Positions 31,731-35,636 of a stretch of 35,636 nucleotides of DNA are shown piece after piece. Origin of the DNA: a virus (Duplodnaviria; Heunggongvirae; Uroviricota; Caudoviricetes); the IMG/VR virus record IMGVR_UViG_2718218358_000004; one strand, written 5' to 3'. Within the stretch, counting starts at the first letter, position 1, and each line of letters starts with the position of its first letter. The translations under genes and the position numbers were made by a program. Under the pieces are notes generated by a model. That model was given only the letters and a program-made list of their open reading frames with translations. It did no database searches and had not been told where the DNA came from.

Positions 31731-31954
31731 ACAGCACCTCTGTTGTAATGTTTGCCTTTCAGCTCTGCGATTTCCTGGCAGGTAATGCAAAGCTGCACTC
31801 CAGGAATGGCACGGCGGCGTGCTGGCGGAATTGGCGCTTCACACTCAACGCAAAGCACGCGGGACACGCCCGGCGTTTTGGCACGGGCAGCACGGATATG
31901 GCGTTGGCGTTCTTCTTCAACGCGCTGCTGTACGAGATCCATTGCATCAGCCAT
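31727..31954 (-). CDS. TraR/DksA-family C4 zinc-finger protein
   Basis: 75-aa ORF with CVECEAPIP...CITCQ four-Cys motif; analogous to P2 orf82. Confidence 0.7.
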   Translation of the reverse strand: MADAMDLVQQRVEEERQRHIRAARAKTPGVSRVLCVECEAPIPPARRRAIPGVQLCITCQEIAELKGKHYNRGAV

Positions 31955-32193
31955 CAGTGGATCTCCTGCGCTTCGTTCTGGATTGCTTCAGCAGTCACAC
32001 GCAGCAGTTCTGCCGCTTCGACGTGGTTTAGCTGGCGGGAGGTGATATGACACGCCAGGCTATCGAGGCGAGCAGCCATTGCTTCAGCCCTTGCCCGGCG
32101 TTCTTCCAGACGAGCCTCTGTCAGTAAAAGATTAAGACCTGCATCATCCGGTCCGGTTTTGGTCGTGAGGGTTTCAATATTACGCATAAGCAA
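31954..32193 (-). CDS. hypothetical early-operon protein
   Basis: 79-aa ORF, start/stop coupled with flanking genes. Confidence 0.5.
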   Translation of the reverse strand: MLMRNIETLTTKTGPDDAGLNLLLTEARLEERRARAEAMAARLDSLACHITSRQLNHVEAAELLRVTAEAIQNEAQEIH

Positions 32194-32254
32194 TTCTCCT
32201 GAATTTAGATAAAGGGATGCCCGGCGGGTTTACGCCATTAATTTCATTAGTTGG

Positions 32255-32596
32255 TTAATTCGGCATGGTTAGCCGTCTGGGAAATAAGCTCACCACTGCA
32301 CGAAAATGATTCATTGCTTTAATCAACTCCCGCTTTTCGTCAGTGGTCAGCTCATTAATGCTGATGCTATGACGTTCAGCTGGAATTTTTGCCATAAAGA
32401 ATATGGCAGCCAGTGCCCGTTTATTTTGTTCATTATTGATATCCCGTGGATCACGCATATCTTTAATAAACCGCTCAAGCTCTGACTCAATATTCAAACC
32501 AAAAACTTTCGCCCTTAACTCCGCAATATGATTAAGTCCATTCAGGCGTTCACCGGGTCTTAATGGAACAGTCGCCGCAGCGCCTTCAATAGCCAT
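32255..32596 (-). CDS. hypothetical early-operon protein
   Basis: 113-aa ORF in the early operon downstream of cII. Confidence 0.5.
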   Translation of the reverse strand: MAIEGAAATVPLRPGERLNGLNHIAELRAKVFGLNIESELERFIKDMRDPRDINNEQNKRALAAIFFMAKIPAERHSISINELTTDEKRELIKAMNHFRAVVSLFPRRLTMPN

Positions 32597-32760
32597 TTGT
32601 TCCCCCGTTTTTTCGTAGATAGTTCTGCCAGTAATTCATCTTGTGAACGGCACGGATGCCAGCGTTTTCCATCCTCACCCATGATCCAGCCGTGACCGTA
32701 GTGCATTGCCGGGCTTTGCTTTACCAGCAGCGATGCAAATGATGGTTCTTTCGTCAGCAT
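32560..32760 (-). CDS. hypothetical early-operon protein
   Basis: Start assigned to Met11 just after the cII stop; small basic protein. Confidence 0.4.
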   Translation of the reverse strand: MLTKEPSFASLLVKQSPAMHYGHGWIMGEDGKRWHPCRSQDELLAELSTKKRGNKWLLKALRRLFH

Positions 32761-32767
32761 AAGCACC

Positions 32768-33283
32768 TCACAGCAAACCGAATGAAGCACCGAGGCCAGT
32801 CACGGTATCAACTGCACTCGCCATCGCAGGGTTAGCCTGTAAACGGGCCTGCAATGAAACAGCAGCCAACGCCATCAGTCGTGTTACAGAGTTAATGCTG
32901 CTGATAGCATCACGACGACCTGCACTGGTTTTTACATCGCCAGATACCGCACCTGCAGCAACACGCCCGATCTCTGCGGTTGCACTCATGACGTAATGTG
33001 GCAGTTTCTCTTTTGCCACCTCATTAATCGGTACGCATGGCAGGCAGTGAATCTGAGCCAGAAAACCATCTACCAGAGTTGAATCTTCAGTCAGATCGGT
33101 AAGCAGCCAGATTTCTGGTGCGGTTAATAAATGAGGTTGCGCTGGGTTCAACTTGTTCCGCAGAATCTGCACATTCATGCCAGCACGTTCTGCCAGTTGC
33201 ACCAGGTTGTGGCGCAATGCGAATGCACGACAGGCTTCATCAAAATGTGGATGTTTGGAAACTTGGTAATCAAACATGGTCAA
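32768..33283 (-). CDS. cII: CII-like transcriptional activator (186 type)
   Basis: 171-aa ORF, second gene after apl, length close to 186 CII (169 aa). Confidence 0.7.
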   Translation of the reverse strand: MTMFDYQVSKHPHFDEACRAFALRHNLVQLAERAGMNVQILRNKLNPAQPHLLTAPEIWLLTDLTEDSTLVDGFLAQIHCLPCVPINEVAKEKLPHYVMSATAEIGRVAAGAVSGDVKTSAGRRDAISSINSVTRLMALAAVSLQARLQANPAMASAVDTVTGLGASFGLL

Positions 33284-33309
33284 TGCCTCTGATGTATTTC
33301 AGAATCGAA

Positions 33310-33531
33310 CTAATTAAGGTTTAGATTGCATTCTGAAAGCGCATCAACGGTCATTGCTGCTATGTTGATCATCACTTTTTCGCGTTTTTTATCTTTGCGC
33401 AGTCGGTGACGGATAAGGCGTCCATCAGCCAACATGTCATTGATGGTATCGATGGATAGCCCTGTCAGCTCGCTATAGCGTTCAATAGTCACATGAGGGG
33501 TGGTAAGAGTGATTGAAATGTTAGGTCTCAT
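33310..33531 (-). CDS. apl: Apl/Cox-like excisionase-repressor
   Basis: 73-aa basic HTH protein, first gene of the early operon divergent from cI. Confidence 0.65.
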   Translation of the reverse strand: MRPNISITLTTPHVTIERYSELTGLSIDTINDMLADGRLIRHRLRKDKKREKVMINIAAMTVDALSECNLNLN

Positions 33532-33650
33532 GATGCAACATTCCTCGTTTAATGATGATTAATCAGGACGAATACGGATCGTTTGTATTTTGTGAACACC
33601 ATAAACATACGATCGCACAGTGAAATCGTCAAGATAAAAGTTCACTTGGA

Positions 33651-34226
33651 GTGACCATGAATTTGGAGAAAGGCGGACGAGGCGCTATAGAGCGCATGGT
33701 AGAAGCTTATGGATTCAAGACTCGACAGGCGTTGTGCGATCATTTAGGAATCTCTAAAAGTACACTCGCCACACGCTACATGCGTGACTCATTCCCAGCA
33801 GAATGGGTAATCCAGTGCGCCCTTGAAACAGGCACCTCGCTTAATTGGCTCACAACCGGGCATGGTTCAAAGCAAACTTCAGGTAATACAAATACTATGG
33901 AAGTTGCTAAATATGTATTATCTGATGGGGCCTTGTGTGAAGACGGTTTTTATATTTTCGATAGAGAATTTCTACCGTCGGCATTCAAGAATCTTTTTGT
34001 AATCACAGATAATAATTCTGAATTTATTTGTGATAAGGAATTTGATGATATACGTGATGGTAAATGGGTAATAAGTATTGATGGCGAAATAACGATCCGT
34101 GACATTACTCGTTTACCCGGTGGAAGAATCTTCGTCGAGGGTGGAAACAGAGCCTTCGAGTGCAAGATAGAAGATGTTGAAATAATTGGGAAAATTATAA
34201 GTTTAACAATTAAGTACGTTAGGTAA
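33651..34226 (+). CDS. cI: CI immunity repressor (186 type)
   Basis: 191-aa ORF; N-terminal HTH (EAYGF...CALETG..L.WL.TG) and length match 186 CI as remembered. Confidence 0.75.
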   Translation: MTMNLEKGGRGAIERMVEAYGFKTRQALCDHLGISKSTLATRYMRDSFPAEWVIQCALETGTSLNWLTTGHGSKQTSGNTNTMEVAKYVLSDGALCEDGFYIFDREFLPSAFKNLFVITDNNSEFICDKEFDDIRDGKWVISIDGEITIRDITRLPGGRIFVEGGNRAFECKIEDVEIIGKIISLTIKYVR

Positions 34227-34241
34227 TACCGGGAGGAAACT

Positions 34242-34433
34242 ATGCTTGGTAAGGTATTTTTTGTGGTTTTATCATGCTCTTTGTTATTAAACCCACTAAC
34301 TACCTATGCTAAAAATTATCCTTGTTCTGGGAAAAAGGGAGGTGTCTCTCACTGTACCTCCGATGGAAAGTTCGTTTGCAATGATGGAACTATTAGTAAA
34401 TCAAAAAAAATCTGTACTAAAAACTCGCGATAA
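34242..34433 (+). CDS. small secreted cysteine-rich protein (orphan accessory gene)
   Basis: 63-aa ORF with strong SD (gggagg), N-terminal signal peptide, four Cys in the ~40-aa mature part, AT-rich. Confidence 0.5.
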   Translation: MLGKVFFVVLSCSLLLNPLTTYAKNYPCSGKKGGVSHCTSDGKFVCNDGTISKSKKICTKNSR

Positions 34434-34619
34434 ATTTTGCTTTTATATCTGCGCCTAATATAACAATGAGCCGCAGGCTAACCGCAAAAGTCACATACTC
34501 ACATAGCAAAAAATAGCTAACTTCATTATGGCTTCAGTGAGATGTATGGTCGCAGGATTTCATACATTGACACTGGTTATACATACAGTAAAAATGCTCT
34601 CTACTGGAGGGCATTTTTT

Positions 34620-35636
34620 ATGGCAGTACGAAAACTCACCACAGGAAAATGGCTTTGCGAATGTTACCCCGCCGGACGTAGTGGACGTCGTGTGCGTAAA
34701 CAATTCGCCACCAAAGGCGAAGCTCTGGCTTTTGAGCGTCACACGATGGAAGAAACCGAAGCAAAGCCCTGGCTGGGCGAATCAGTGGATCGTCGGACAT
34801 TGAAAGACGTGATTGAGCTATGGTTCAAACTACATGGTAAATCTCTGACAGCTGGGCAGCATGTCTATGACAAACTGCTGTTGATGGTTGACGCTCTGGG
34901 CAATCCCCTTGCAACTGATCTAACCTCTAAAATGTTTGCCCACTATCGAGATAAACGCCTGACAGGTGAGATCTACTTCAGCGAGAAATGGAAGAAAGGA
35001 GCAAGCCCGGTCACCATTAACCTGGAGCAAAGCTATCTAAGTAGTGTTTTTAGCGAACTATCCCGCCTGGGCGAATGGTCGTATCCGAACCCACTGGAGA
35101 ACATGCGAAAATTCACCATCGCAGAAAAAGAGATGGCATGGCTTACCCATGAGCAGATTGTTGAACTGCTGGCTGATTGCAAACGTCAGGACCCAATTCT
35201 GGCACTGGTAGTCAAGATATGCCTAAGCACAGGCGCACGCTGGCGAGAAGCAATAAATCTTACCCGCTCGCAAGTGACCAAATACCGAATTACCTTTGTA
35301 AGAACGAAGGGGAAGAAAAACAGAAGCATCCCTATCAGTAAAGAGCTTTACGAAGAGATCATGGCGCTTGATGGGTTCAATTTCTTTACAGACTGCTATT
35401 TTCAATTTTTATCCGTGATGGAAAAAACGTCTATCGTGCTCCCTCGCGGTCAACTGACACACGTTCTGCGCCATACGTTTGCGGCGCACTTCATGATGTC
35501 GGGTGGAAATATCCTTGCTTTGCAAAAAATCCTCGGACATCACGATATAAAAATGACTATGCGCTATGCCCATTTAGCACCCGATCATCTTGAGACGGCT
35601 CTGAGATTCAACCCCCTCGCAACGCTAGAAGTGTGA
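34620..35636 (+). CDS. int: tyrosine integrase (P2 Int family)
   Basis: 338 aa from MAVRKL; C-terminal R...HxxR...Y catalytic pattern (LTHVLRHTFA...MRYAHL); ends at the last base of the window. Confidence 0.85.
   Translation: MAVRKLTTGKWLCECYPAGRSGRRVRKQFATKGEALAFERHTMEETEAKPWLGESVDRRTLKDVIELWFKLHGKSLTAGQHVYDKLLLMVDALGNPLATDLTSKMFAHYRDKRLTGEIYFSEKWKKGASPVTINLEQSYLSSVFSELSRLGEWSYPNPLENMRKFTIAEKEMAWLTHEQIVELLADCKRQDPILALVVKICLSTGARWREAINLTRSQVTKYRITFVRTKGKKNRSIPISKELYEEIMALDGFNFFTDCYFQFLSVMEKTSIVLPRGQLTHVLRHTFAAHFMMSGGNILALQKILGHHDIKMTMRYAHLAPDHLETALRFNPLATLEV

Overview
The window holds three E. coli core genes (grxA, ybjM, ybjL; 1..2620) followed by a nearly complete P2/186-family temperate prophage that runs from about 2.8 kb to the window end at the integrase stop codon (attL lies outside the window). 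The prophage has a P2-like late region on the minus strand (ogr, D, U, T, E/E', FII, FI, tail fibre H/G, baseplate I/J/W/V, S, R, lysis cassette, X, L, M, N, O), P and Q on the plus strand, and a 186-like early region (A, Dam methylase, TraR-like zinc finger, CII, Apl, CI, int). Two accessory loci stand out. (1) Between the portal gene Q and a candidate cos site sits an AT-rich retron cassette: a 586-aa reverse transcriptase fused to a C-terminal TOPRIM domain, preceded by a predicted msr-msd ncRNA bounded by 13-bp a1/a2 inverted repeats. This matches what I recall of retron-Ec67 (Retron-Eco2), so it is probably a known system rather than a new one. (2) Between FI and the tail fibre genes, a Pin/Cin/Hin-family invertase flanks an invertible segment carrying alternative tail-fibre C-termini and assembly chaperones. 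Other notable elements are a LexA-box-controlled small-ORF/DinI-like operon, an acidic 111-aa orphan protein next to cos, a Cys-rich secreted peptide between cI and int, a programmed -1 frameshift in E/E', and three TGT-N12-ACA dyads upstream of late operons. All calls rest on reading the ORF translations and sequence by eye and on remembered family features; no database search was run.
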